From Euprymna scolopes (lineage: Eukaryota): a stretch of DNA of 64,000 bases. Location: NCBI GenBank assembly GCA_053919585.1, contig CM132786.1. One strand, written 5' to 3'. Positions within the stretch are counted from its first letter, which is position 1. The number at the start of each line of letters is the position of its first letter. A program made the position numbers and the translations under genes. Of the stretch, positions 1-12,421 are shown one piece after another. The notes below the pieces were generated by a model. That model was not told the DNA's origin. It was given only the letters and a program-made list of their open reading frames with translations, and did no database searches.

Positions 1-264
1 TATAAAATATATATGGCGATCAAGCTACACTGAATATTCTTCTTTTCATCCACTATATGATTCGTCAGGCTTATGCGCATAAGCCTGACGAATCCTATAG
101 TGGTGTAAACGCAGAATATTCAGTGTAGCTTGATCGCCATATATATTTTATAAATTACTAACTAGCTCTACCTACGTATTGAGCACTTTTGAAGTAAATA
201 CTTAAAGATTACGCATAAATCTATACTTTCGTATATTAAATTTATGTGAGTAAATGAAGTAGTT
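1..264. mobile_element. Penelope-like element pseudo-LTR ends in head-to-head inverted arrangement, each arm with a degenerate hammerhead ribozyme core
   Basis: 1-76 and 77-152 are reverse complements around TTATGC|GCATAA. The left arm on the minus strand reads CTGACGA-ATCA-tatagt-GGAT-GAAA; the right arm reads CTGACGA-ATCC-tatagt-GGTG-TAAAC. The right arm runs on to about 264 and ends at a (TA)n tract. Confidence 0.65.
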
Positions 265-525
265 ATATATGCATGTATATATATATATATATATATATCT
301 GTTCTATCCGTATATATATATATATATATATATATACTTTATAAGCAAAATCAAGACTTCAAAAAAGGTGTTGATAGCAACAAAAAGTGTATTTCAGTAT
401 ATTAATGCCCAATTATGAAATATGATAATTTTGTAGCTTACTTTTTAAGTCATCTCTTTTTTGCTTAAAACTTATTGGTATATGAAAATTTACTGGATTA
501 CACGAACTCAGTACATTACATACAA

Positions 526-527
<2 letters not shown>

Positions 528-587
<60 letters not shown>
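528..587. repeat. (TA)n microsatellite
   Basis: Direct reading; similar tracts at about 265-336, 19003-19064, 24827-24882, 37301-37335, 38823-38875 and 62727-62790. Confidence 0.95.
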
Positions 588-593
<6 letters not shown>

Positions 594-1929
594 GATATAT
601 AGTCTCTGTTCCTCACTCAATTCAGTTTGCTTGGACCTCTTAATCCTAAATCTGCTTGTATATATGTAACTATTTCTTTGTGTATAAGTCACTGAACCTG
701 AACTACAAAAAGACCCAGCAGGTAACTTTTAGTGACGTTTTATGGTCAAGTTTAATTTTTACCCCTAGATTTGAAAACCTACTCTGCTTATGTCCATGGC
801 ATTTTTTTCATTGTTATTGTTACTAAGTTAACCTGAATGGTTTACTAAACATTCCTTTTTGTCATATTCTATCTTCAAACCTTTTTCTACTAGACAGTTA
901 AGAAAATAATAATAATGTTCATTACCTCACCTTTTTTAATAATAGCAATAGTCGAATTTCTGAATTAATCATAAGCAAGGTCATCCGATATTGCTCCGGC
1001 ATATTCCAAAATGTCTCGAACAAATTTCATGTTTTTATTTGTGTCGTTTTCGACTTCAATAAATTAGATTTATTCAAATATATAATTATTCGACAATCTA
1101 TTTTATAATAGTTCCAGTGATACGGTTACGATATAATGTCATATATTATTTCCTTTTCTCAGATAGCAAATGCTGTGCTGTCATTGCCGTCGCTCCAAAA
1201 CTATGGTTGACAAAATAATCTGAATTTTGGATATTATTTCCCTATATAGATCTTATTATTTGACATAGGTGGACACTAAAAGAAATATCGCAAACTATAT
1301 TTAAGAAAATATGTTCTCACCGATTAGGATTAGAAAATCCTGAACAAAGTTAATATTGACAAGAAACATGATTTTCATATCAAGTGCGAAACTGACGCTC
1401 AGCGATAGTACACGATAAAAGACCTAATTATTAATGCATTGTCTATTATAACCCAGGTCATCACTATTATATTTCTTATTATCTTTTCAATAATTATCTT
1501 GATATTATTTTTTAATAAATTTTTAAGCATTATATTCTCTCATAATTATTCTAATTATGTTCTTTCATTACACTAGAGTGTCATTAATCACATAGCGTCA
1601 TACATTTTCTCTTATAATGAATCGCAGATGTTCGTGAAGTTTGTGAATTCAGTGTGTAATTTCCTTTGGCAGATACATACAAAAATATCTCAATTATATT
1701 CTTTAGAAATAAAATGTAAAATTATCGACGATTCTATTTGCGCCGGTGCAAATACGACTGCGATTGTTTCAACTGAATATAAAAATATGTTATCCTTAAA
1801 AATATTGTATAAAAATCTAATTCTGTAAACATATTTATAAACGATAATACACTCCGAAAATAAACGGAACACAGTCGAAAATCTGGAAAAATAAACAGAT
1901 CAATGTCACTATATTTACACTGATTTCTA

Positions 1930-4530
1930 TCAACGTGATTATATTCAATGCAGTTATATGCAATGTGATTCTATTCAATGGTATTTCATCTAATATTATT
2001 CTATATAATGCCCTTCTATATTATTCCATCTTATATGACTCTAATTTAATTCTATCTAATGTAATCTCCCTCAATGTGAGTATATCTAATGGGATTCAAT
2101 CCTATGATTCTATCATATGCAGTTCTAGCAAATGTGATTCTATTTAATGTGATGCTTGCCTATGCGATTCTATCTAATGTGATTCTATCTCATGCGATTC
2201 TAACTAATGTGTTTCCAGCTAATTTGATTCTCTAATATAATTCAAGCTTATGTAATGCTATCGAATATGATTTTCTCTAATATGATTCTTTCTGGTGAGA
2301 TTCTATCAAATGTGATTTTATCTAATGTAATTCTATCAAATGTTATGTTGTCTCATGTGATTCTATCTAAGGCGATTCTATCTAATGTGATTCTATCTAA
2401 GGTGATTCTATCATGTTATTCTATCTAAGGTGATTCTATCATGTTATTCTAGCTAATGTTCTTTTATCTGATGTGATTTTGGCTAATGTGAGTCCATTTT
2501 ATGTGATTTTATTAAATGTGATTTAAACGAATGTTATATCTAATGAATTTCATGCTTAATGTATTCTATCTAATGCCCTTCAATCTAATATAATGTTAAC
2601 TAATGTGATTCCATCTTCTATGACTCTACATAATGTGCTTCTATCTAATGTGATTCAAGCTAATGTGATTTTATCTCATGTGATTCTTTCTAATGTGATT
2701 CTTTCTAATGTGAATCTTTCTAATGTGATCGTGTCGAATGTGACTCTAGTTAATGTAGTTCTATATAATGTGACTTCATCTACTGCGAGTATTTGTATTG
2801 TGATTCCGTCTAATGTGAATCTATGTTTTGTGATTTATCAAATGTGATTCTATATAATATTATATATATGATACCGTTTAATATGATTCTATCTTATAAG
2901 ATTCTAGCAAATGGGATTTCATATAATGTAATTCTATGTAATGTGATTTTATCTATTGTGATTCTATCTAATGTGATTTTTCTAATGTGATTCTATCTAT
3001 TTTGTCTAATGAGATTCTAGCTCACGTGCTTATCTCTAATTTGATTCTTTTTAATGTGATTGTATCTGATGTGATGCCAGGTAATGTGATTCCGTCTTAT
3101 GTGATTCTATCTAATGTGATTTCATAAAATGTGATTCTCTCTAAAGTTGATGTATTTATTGTGCATTCATCTAATGTGATTCTTTATAATGTAATTCCAA
3201 ACTGCGTTGGTTCTATCTGATGCGATTTTATCTAATGTGATTTTATCTAATGTAATTCAAGCCAATTTTATTCTATCTAATCTGATTCTATGGAATGTGT
3301 CTCTTGTTAAAGTAATTCCATCTGATGTTATTCTATAAAATATGATTCTATAAAATGTGATTCTATAAAATATGATTCTATCGAATGTGATTCCATTTAA
3401 TGTGATCTCATTTAGTATGATTCCTTCTAATGTCATTAAATCTAAAGTGATTCTATCTATTGCCATTCCGTCTAATGTGAGTATATGTAATGTGATTCTA
3501 TATAATGTTGTTCTATCTAATGTGATTTCATATAATGTTACTCTTTCTAATGTGATTCTATCTGGTGTTATTCTATCTAACGTTATTCTTTCTAACGTTA
3601 TTCTTTCTAACGTTATTCTAACTTACGTTTTCCTATCTAATGTGATGCTATCTTATGTGATGCTATTTAATGGGATTCAGTTTAATGTAATCTTTATTAA
3701 TATGATGCTATCTAATTTGATTCTATCTAACGTGATTCTAGCATATGGAATTCTAACTAATGTGATTATATCTAATGTAATTAGATCTAATGAAATTCTA
3801 ACTAATGCGATTCTATAAATTGTGATTTTCTCTAATGTTATGTTCTATCAGATAACATTCCAGGTAATGTTATTCTAGGTTATATGATTCTATTTTATAT
3901 TATGCTCATATGAATCTAGATTATCTCATGTGATTCTAGCTTACGTAATTTTGTCTAATGTTATTTTATCTAATGTTATTCTGTCTAATGTAATTCCATC
4001 AAATATGATTATATCTTATGTGATTTCATCAATTGTGATTATAATTAATGTGATTTCATCAAATATATGTCTCCGGGTTGTGATTCCACGAATGTGATAC
4101 TATCTAATGTTATTATATTTGATGTGATTCTAGCTATTGTGATTCTATCTAATGTGAATCTAACTAATGTGATTCGAGCTAATATGATTCGAGCGAATTT
4201 TATTTTTGCTAATGTGATATTATTCTATCTAGTGTGATTCTTGTTAATGTGAATCTAGCTTATATGATTCTATTTAATATGATTCTGTCTAATGTGATTC
4301 TAGCTAATTTAATTCTTGCTAATGTTATTCCAGCTAATGTTAGTTTTGCTAATGTGATGTTAGTCTATCTAATATGATTCTAGTTAGTGTGAATCTTGCT
4401 AATATGATTCTCTTTAATATGATTATGTGTAATGTGATTCTATCTAATTTAATTCTTGCTAATGTTATTATTGCTAATGTTATTCTATCTAATTTGATTC
4501 TATCTAACGTGATTTTACTAATGAACATGT
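1930..4530. repeat. Degenerate 15-bp tandem satellite, consensus about TCTAATGTGATTCTA
   Basis: About 2.6 kb of ATTCTATCTAATGTG-like units. The 15-nt period produces the repetitive SNVIL ORFs in the ORF track. Confidence 0.95.
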
Positions 4531-5029
4531 GAACATGAGAATCCGAGATTCTTGTTATCTGCGACTTTTGTCCTTTCTATGAATAATGTACATTTCTCTG
4601 AGATTACAGATAATCAGAAATATGTATACTTAAAATGAAAAGTACGTTTTCAACAAATGACAAATTAACTCACGTTAGTTGGTAAAAAAAGCAAATCAAC
4701 CAAAGATTATGAAACAGATTCTCTGATAAGCCTAAACTTTAAAAAGAAAATCATCGAAAGAGTTTCCCCAATCTTACTCTAATATATAAAAAGAAAATAC
4801 ATTTGTCACGTTTTAGAAACTATTATCGCCGCTTGGTTGTTTTTTTTTAAATGTTTTTATAATCATCACGGTTGTAAAAAAGCATATTTAAGTGTGGCTA
4901 GCACTCACAAGCTACCGAAAATAAAGGAAAAGGTCATTTTATTCGCTATACATGTTTTTTTTATTCATATCTGGATTATATTTCCGCCTTGTATATCAAT
5001 TATGTTACAATTTAGGTTCAAATAGTTTT

Positions 5030-6333
5030 TTTTATTTGGGAGTCACCACTAATCAAGGCGGGAGGGCTAATAGACTATAAGGTTTAATGAATGTAAGGTG
5101 GTAGTGTAGTAATCGTTGTGTAAATTGAATGGAATTGGATTGTTTATGGAAAGATTCAAGAACTTGTTTACATTGGACTTGAAGGCTACCATGTTGTATA
5201 AAACCAGGAAGAATAGTGGAACAGTATTCCCCATGCGGGCAGTTCTGGAAAAGAAGCTTTGGTCGTGTAATCTGTGTTTAGATTTAGGAACAGTTAGAAA
5301 ATGGGGGAAACCGTATAAAGTGGTTGTAGGTAGTCAAGTGTATTTGTGAAAAGAAGGAACAATAGACTGGAGTTCAATCTAGCGCTTATCATGAAAATAA
5401 CGATAGAGCAGAGAGAGGCGGGTAATATCTTTTATGTGGGAAAGAATTTGCAGAGAAGAGGAAAGAGCATCACCTACTAGCCTGGATAGGGCGCGCCGAG
5501 CGGCTCCTGCCCAAATGTAGCAACATTACTCCATTTTAGGACCTATCTGGATCTTATATAAATAAAGTATTGCACCCGCAGTAAAATACCTAGAGGAGCG
5601 TTACAGTCATCCAACTATTTTTCTGGCGATTTGGTAACAGATTTTACGTATGTGTTCTATTTCAGATTAGGAGTGAAAGTCTATCTCAGAAGCTTGTCCA
5701 GATATTGAGCTTACATAAAATGAGAGCCATTTATTTCAACTGAGCGTAATGGGGTTCAGAGCGATATGAAAAATTATGAAACGGGGGAAGTTTAGTTGTC
5801 GATGCGTTGAATTAACCAGATATCTTTGTCCCCATTGCACAACGTTCTCAATATCAGAAGAAAGAAAATTAGAAATACATTTGTTATTGCTGGCTTTTGA
5901 AGTGTTGCCATAGATTGCGGTATCATCTGTATAAATGTCTAGGGATGATATAAGAATAGGATAGAGGAGACCATTTATGAAAATCAGGAAGAGATTTGGG
6001 CACAGGATGAAACATTCAGGGACACCAGTGTTAAGTTTCTGATTTCTTCCCATTAATGATTACTCTTGTAATCCTATTAGCAAGAAAGGATTTCATAATT
6101 GTGAAGATATTTCCAGCTATTTTATAGCTAGTTATCTTTTAGAGTATACGTGTAAGCCATACTCCATAAAAGGTTTTTGATATGTCAATAGCTATTGTTT
6201 TAGAAACGCTAATTGTTTTAGATTCTCTAATCTTGTATTATATACCAGTTAGTACAGCTGTCGTACATCTCGCAGAACGGAAACCATATTGTATGTAATT
6301 TGACAGGTTATATTTGCTGTGATGATTGGCCAC
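5030..6333 (-). mobile_element. CR1/Zenon-like LINE, subfamily A, degenerate 3' part (RT)
   Basis: Minus-strand remnants QYGFRSAR, GVPE..ILCPNLFLIFIN and IYTDDTA. The 3' tail (CACCACTAATCAAGGC on +) is shared with other subfamily A copies. Confidence 0.85.
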
Positions 6334-6334
6334 G

Positions 6335-6903
6335 GATCTGTTTTTATCTGGATTAGCCTTTAGGGATGTCTGTTTGAAGAATGGCGATGTTTTGCTGGTA
6401 ATGTGTTCTTTAATTCGTATATGTAACGGTCTTATAGAACTACCGATATATGATTCATTACAAATGTTGCATTGAATTTGGTATACTAAAAATGTGCGTT
6501 CGCATGATCTTGTGCTTTTATGGGGCAGTTTGTTTTCTTTTAAGTGTATTAATGTGTTGTATGGTTTTTGAGGGGTATCCATTTAATTGTAGGGTTTGAT
6601 GGAACTTTTCAATGGAGGTTATCTTGTCCGTTTCATTTGTGCATATGTTGCGAATGCGGTTTATTTCATTTGTAGCATAACTTATTTTTGCATGTGTAGG
6701 TAATGCTGACTTATAATTCACGAAAATGTCACGACAAACGGATTTTTTATAGAAGCTAGTGTTTACTTGGCCCGTTTCTGTGATGTAGAGTGTGAGATCG
6801 AGTAATGATAAATGACCAGATGTTTTAGGGTGCTCAATGGAAAATTTGATATGTAGATCTGCGTTTTGGAACCTGATGAATATTTTATAAGCTTCTTCAA
6901 GAG
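6335..6903 (-). mobile_element. Penelope-like element fragment: RT C-terminus plus GIY-YIG endonuclease (frameshifted)
   Basis: Minus strand translates IKFSIEHP..LSLLDL..FYKK..NYKSALP..LQLNGYP, then VYQIQCNICNESYIGSSIRPLHIRIKEH (GIY-YIG with Cys/His motif). Confidence 0.9.
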
Positions 6904-7143
6904 ATGATGTTAAGACCTTTACATATCCGGATTAAAAAACACATTACCACCAAAACATCGTCATTCTTCAAACATGCGTCTCTAAAACATATTCCAGATA
7001 AAAACATTAACGTGAAAATTTTAGCAAATGATAGGAACCAGGTAAACCTCGGATTAAAAGAATCATTACTGATTGAAAAGTTAAAACTAAAAATTTACAG
7101 TAAAACAGAAAAATCTAACATATTTCTGATAAAGACAGACTAA
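6904..7143 (+). mobile_element. Penelope-like element GIY-YIG C-terminal fragment, inverted relative to the adjacent copy
   Basis: RPLHIRIKKHITTKTSSFFKH...LKESLLIEKLK closely matches the minus-strand RPLHIRIKEHITSKTSPFFK segment and continues to a natural-looking stop. Confidence 0.85.
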
Positions 7144-8149
7144 TATTTTCCATATACGGTCTCAGCCATAACTCATACAGCAAAAAAAAAATACTCACTT
7201 AACTACATAATCTAAAGGAATTAACGAATGAAAAAATAGATATATAATATCTCTTAGATTAACCGTATCTATACAAATTCCCTTAATCATATATCTACAT
7301 ATAAGTAAAAAAGGCACCTCCATTAACCGCTTACATAATTATTGAAGCTGCACAGCTTCTAATATCTTACAAAATCTTTTAAACAACAGCGGCTAGTTAT
7401 AACGTATCACACAGAATTTTTAATTAAAATCTTACAAAAAAATGATAATTTAAACAATGACGGTTTATAAGCACATAATAGAACATGAATTACTTCCCTT
7501 GAACAGAAAGCCTGTAGACAAGTAAAAATGAATCCCCTCCTTTGAACATAACTGAATGAATTAATCTTTGACCGTTTGAATTTAAAATACACAAGAGAAT
7601 TATTTCCCATGAACATTAAACGACATTAATTAATCTTTGAGCGTTGTGATTTAAATGTAAATAAAACAGCCATTTTGCAATTTACAGAGAGGATTCATTT
7701 CTCCACTGCCGATTGGTTATTACCCGAAAGGACATTTGGAATTAAATACCACCCACAGTAAAAATTCAGGTAGATAAATGAATTAATACATATTAAAAAT
7801 ATTTATATAATAAATTAAAAAAACTGAATTATTTATTATTTATATGTTTAACGCATGTACCTTCCTGCATTGTTCTAGCCTTCTAAAAATGGCCTTTATT
7901 CACAAACAATGCTTCAAGCAAACTACGCCATACTTCTTATATATATAAATAATATATATATATATATATGCGTGTGTGTGTGTGTGTGTGTGATGTGTGT
8001 GTGTACAACTTATTGTTATGAGTACATTATTGGACAAGGATCTTCATATAGTAAGAAAAACACAATGAAAAAATTCACAAGTGAAATCTGTATAATTAAT
8101 ATCAACGTATGCATCCAATAAAAACGGAAAATGAACATCGCAATTCTAC

Positions 8150-8345
8150 AACTTATCTTCTAGAAGCTTCCATCTTCAATACGCAGTTCTTACGGATCAT
8201 TTTAGCTTTATGTAACTCTGCGTCTAAAGAGAACTGAAAAATAACGTCGTGATGTTCCATTGTTCGGTCAACTATTGACTCCACTATGACGTTTTTAAGG
8301 GAAATAAGGTGCGAGGATGTAGGTGGAGAATTTTTCGATCTTTCT
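8150..8345 (-). mobile_element. Possible very degenerate Tc1/mariner transposase C-terminal fragment
   Basis: SPPTSSHLISLKNVIVESIVD..HH..SLDAELHKA loosely resembles the WPPxSPDLNP..W..H..SL..A region. This is weak. Confidence 0.3.
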
Positions 8346-8454
8346 ATATTTTTAATCAGAATGAGAGATAAAATGACTACATGGTGTGACCAGAAACTAC
8401 CATACATTAAGTAAAACAAAATCAGAAGAAAAATTAAAAAAATATATATTAAAC

Positions 8455-10230
8455 CGATATTTTCACCCCAAACAAGACACTGTGCCACTTTGCTGTAGGG
8501 AGCTACTATTGGGGACATAAGTTGCAGGGATACTATGTAGGGAGTTGGGCAGCAAGATGTATGCTCGCATTACACTTAGACTTCTGCATGTGAGTACAGT
8601 TGGAAAGCGGGAATCTGGAAGGATGTTCCAAATTCTAGCAGTTCTGGGGAAGAAATTATTAGAGAAGAAAGCCTTCTAACATTTAGCGATCTCTATTGTG
8701 TAGGAGTGGAATTTTTACTACTTGTCGGGTTTGTCGAGGTATTTACACAAAGGGCATACAACGACGTGTAGTTCATCGGAACATTCACCATTAAAAGAAA
8801 ATTGTAGAACAGGCAGACGGATGCAACCTTTCATCGATGAGATAGAGGCTGAAGCTTAGATGACAGTTCAGGACCTTTCAGGACCTTTCAGGACCTTTCA
8901 GGAGACTGACTTTCTTTTGGACCCAGTCCAAGAACGAGAGACTATTATCAGATGCACCAGTCCAAATGTGACAACACTGTTCCATACATGGACAAATGGT
9001 GGTCTTGTAGAGGTACAGGATACTTTTCAGACGTAAGTAACTTTCTAGAACAGAATAGAGAGCCCACCATCTTCACAGCAAATCTGGCAATTCCCTCAAG
9101 TTATCTGTTCCAAATCATGTTCCCTGTGTACGTTAAGACAAGAAGGTTGAAAGAAGTACTTTCAGTAATATATCTTTAGCCGTACCTATTGGTGGTAGAA
9201 AAAGATTCCTGTAGTTATTGAAGGAAACAAGCTTAGTCTTGGCAGCATTGAATGATCGTTCCTATAACAGCACAGTCGGCATGAAATCGGTTCCACATGC
9301 TTTTGAGGTGTCTACGTTTATTGTGATATTATGCGCATGAGAAGGAGTGATTTTCAGATTATCTAGCGTGGCGTCTCTACACAAAGGAAAGTCAGGAAGG
9401 AAATTCTTTGCTGGGTCTTATGTAGAGTTTGAATAAAACCGACTGGCAGATATGTTCGCTTTATCGTGCAAATACCCTTATGACTGTTGGATAGTGGGGG
9501 AATTGTTAATTGCATATTATTTACTACACTATTGCAGATTTTCCAGAAATTACGGGTCCCTAATATCTGTGTTTCGATGCTTTTTTCTACTGGTTTCGTT
9601 ATATTCGTTCTTAGCTGTTGCTATTTCTTTCTTTTAATTACTCCTAGCTACTTATACTTTCGTCTGTTTGTATTAGTCTTATATCGGTTAAATCTGCAGT
9701 ATGCATGCTGCCTGTGAGCACTGGCAGCTGCACAAATAGAAGAATACACTTGAAGAGATTGGGGTTTGCTATAGAATTTTCGCGTGGGAACTTAAGATTC
9801 AGTTGCCGTTTTTAACCATTCAGTTGTATCATTTGTGCACTATTTAGCGGGAAGAGAAAATATTTCCTCATGAGTCATCTCTGATGAGATCCCTGATGAC
9901 TTCCTAGGTAGCCTTCTCATAATACCTTGTCGTTTTGAGCAATGGCTCTTCAGTTTTGGAACGAGAATTAAGGGCGATTTCTACCATTATCACAGCGTGA
10001 TCAGCATTTCGTAGTGGTCTATAGGCAGTCGTTAAACAATCATCGGGAACTGGTGTCAGAAATGTGTCTAATACTGATCTTGTCTATCTAGGAAACGTGT
10101 TAGTAACGTAACCGTCTGTTATAGAGAATGTGATATCGAGATGCTGTGTGTTGTGCTACCAGCTGCGTCTGTGTAATTAGAGAATCTAGCCAAATACTGT
10201 GGTGGACATTGAAGTCACCAAATACATGTA
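8455..10230 (-). mobile_element. CR1/Zenon-like LINE, subfamily B, internally deleted and degenerate
   Basis: Subfamily B 3' tail (TTTTCACCCCAAA..GCCACTTTG on +), CCHIWTGASD-type RT C-terminus, and endonuclease remnants near 10000-10230. Confidence 0.8.
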
Positions 10231-11204
10231 CTTTTTTTTACACAGTGGTCACCACTTATCAAGGCCCGAAAGCCACTCAGGGATAAGGGTTATTCCGCTA
10301 GTATTGAGTGAGAGTGCTGAATCTATGCTGTCAGAGACTTGGTTAATTAGGGTATAATCCATAGTCGATGGAGATCGGTTATCGTGCTTCTTTGTTATAG
10401 TTAAATATTTAAACCAGGCAAAAGGCGTCTCAATAAAGTCCTTTATCTGTAACACCCCGTCTTGCTAGTTAGACAAGGAATACGGGTGATACTTAGGCGA
10501 GGTCAGAGCTTATGCACTCATTAATAATAAGTTTACAAACAGTATAAGTTGATGGTGTCACGAGCTTAGGGAAATCTGTAGACTACGACCGAGGAGGCCC
10601 TCTCCCTAATGTTTCGCCAGTGATAAAGATCAAAAGCATAGGTGTTATATCTAGGCCAACCCTCGCCTAGATTAATATTAACTTATATATTAATTTATAA
10701 AAGGAATGATTTGCCGTTAAGCCAAGACAATAATGGAAAAACATGGACAAGTCTACAATCCTGCTGATTCGAGTTTACTAAACAAACAACTACTTGATTA
10801 AGCTATAGAAGACTTGACGTTGCTGGGAATTGAATAAGAATAACTAGTATGCATTTTTTCCTATGCTAATAACTTCATAGTTATTTTTATTTATTAAAGA
10901 CCACCTTCTGCCATTTCACTTTCTAATATAGTGGGAAGAATCTGAAATGCCTGAAAACTCTATGAACTAGTGTTTTTATACATGCGCGTTAGATTTACTT
11001 AAATATGCCTGTTTGAATTATAAAGGGATATTTCTTATCAATCAGTTACTAATGTTTGTTATTCTCTATGAAAACTTGTTAAGTTCCAAGATGCCCTTTC
11101 CAGTGTATCAGATCACGATTGTCATGCTCTTGTATTCCATATAAACTAGCTAATTGAAACAAAGGTCATGACCGATTACAAATTTGATTTATAATTCTAA
11201 CGAA

Positions 11205-11618
11205 TTATTACACTTACACTTCTGCATGTGAGTACCGTTGGGAAAGCGGGAATCCGGAAGGATGTTCCAAATTCTAGCAGTTCTGGGGAAGAAATTATTA
11301 GAGAAGAAAGCCTTCTAACATCTAGCGATCTCTATTATGTAGGAGTCGAATTTTGCTACTTGTCGGGTTTGTCGAGGTATTTACGCAAAGGGCATCGGAA
11401 CATTCACCATTAAAAAATTTGTACAACAGGCAGACGGACGCAACATTTCGTCGATGAGATAGAGGCTGAAGCTTAGATGACAGTTCAGGACCTTTCAGGA
11501 GACTGACTTTCCTTTGAACCCAGTCAAGGAGCGAGAGACTAGTATCAGATGCACCAGCCCAAATGTGACAACAATATTCCATACATGGACGAATGGTGGT
11601 CTTGTAGAGGTACAGGTA
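11205..11618 (-). mobile_element. CR1/Zenon-like LINE subfamily B fragment
   Basis: ORF 11322-11582 MEYCCHIWAGASDTSLSLLDWVQRK..LQPLSHRRNVAS; highly similar to 8570-9020. Confidence 0.9.
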
Positions 11619-12322
11619 CGAATGTTTGATGGAATATTGCTGAGACCTTGATATGTCAATGATGTAAGATAAAATGTAGGAATATTGACGATTTGGAACA
11701 CCAATTTATAAACTTAAATAATACTTATCAATTATTATAATATTGACAAATATATTTACACATTTAAACTGAATTTGGATTTTAAAAACGTCTTTAATTT
11801 AATATATATATATTGCTGTCGTTGCTCTTACTTCCTAGGTTTCTATGTTTTCGTCCATTATTACTGTCGGAAGAGGAAAATCGTAATTAACATTCTATTT
11901 TAGTGTCGTTATAGGTCATGTAGATATTCAGTACATATAGTTTAACGTAGAAATTTAAAACTCCTGGCATTGTCTTGCGCGGAGTATATTATACACTTGG
12001 ATATTTTATAAAGTGGCATACTTGAGGTTTTACATAAAGTTCTGTAAACCATATATCTGTTAGTTACTGAATAACTCACCACTTAGCAAGTGCTAAGTTA
12101 AAGGGGTTTGTGGAAAAAAGCGAGGAGACATACGTTAATGTACAAAACATGTTATATATAAACAATTGATTCTGAGTAGTACAACACTTTGAAAGACACA
12201 TTTTTCAAGAAGTGCTAAAGTTCTCGAAAAAACACACAAGAGCGATGGAAAGTTCATTTCAAAGTTTCTTTGTGTGCATGTGTGTATTAGACATAGTTAC
12301 CACTTAAACCGTCTTCCCCAGA

Positions 12323-12373
<51 letters not shown>

Positions 12374-12421
12374 GACAGAGACAGACAGAGAGAGAGGGGG
12401 AGGGAGAGAGAGACATAAATA

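Noticed and set aside
2593-3818. Pentapeptide-repeat protein ORFs (SNVIL)n
   Set aside because: By-product of a 15-bp satellite; frames break repeatedly.
8570-11618. Possible LTR pair or segmental duplication (8570-9020 versus 11205-11618)
   Set aside because: Both are RT C-terminal pieces of the same LINE subfamily and lack LTR hallmarks.
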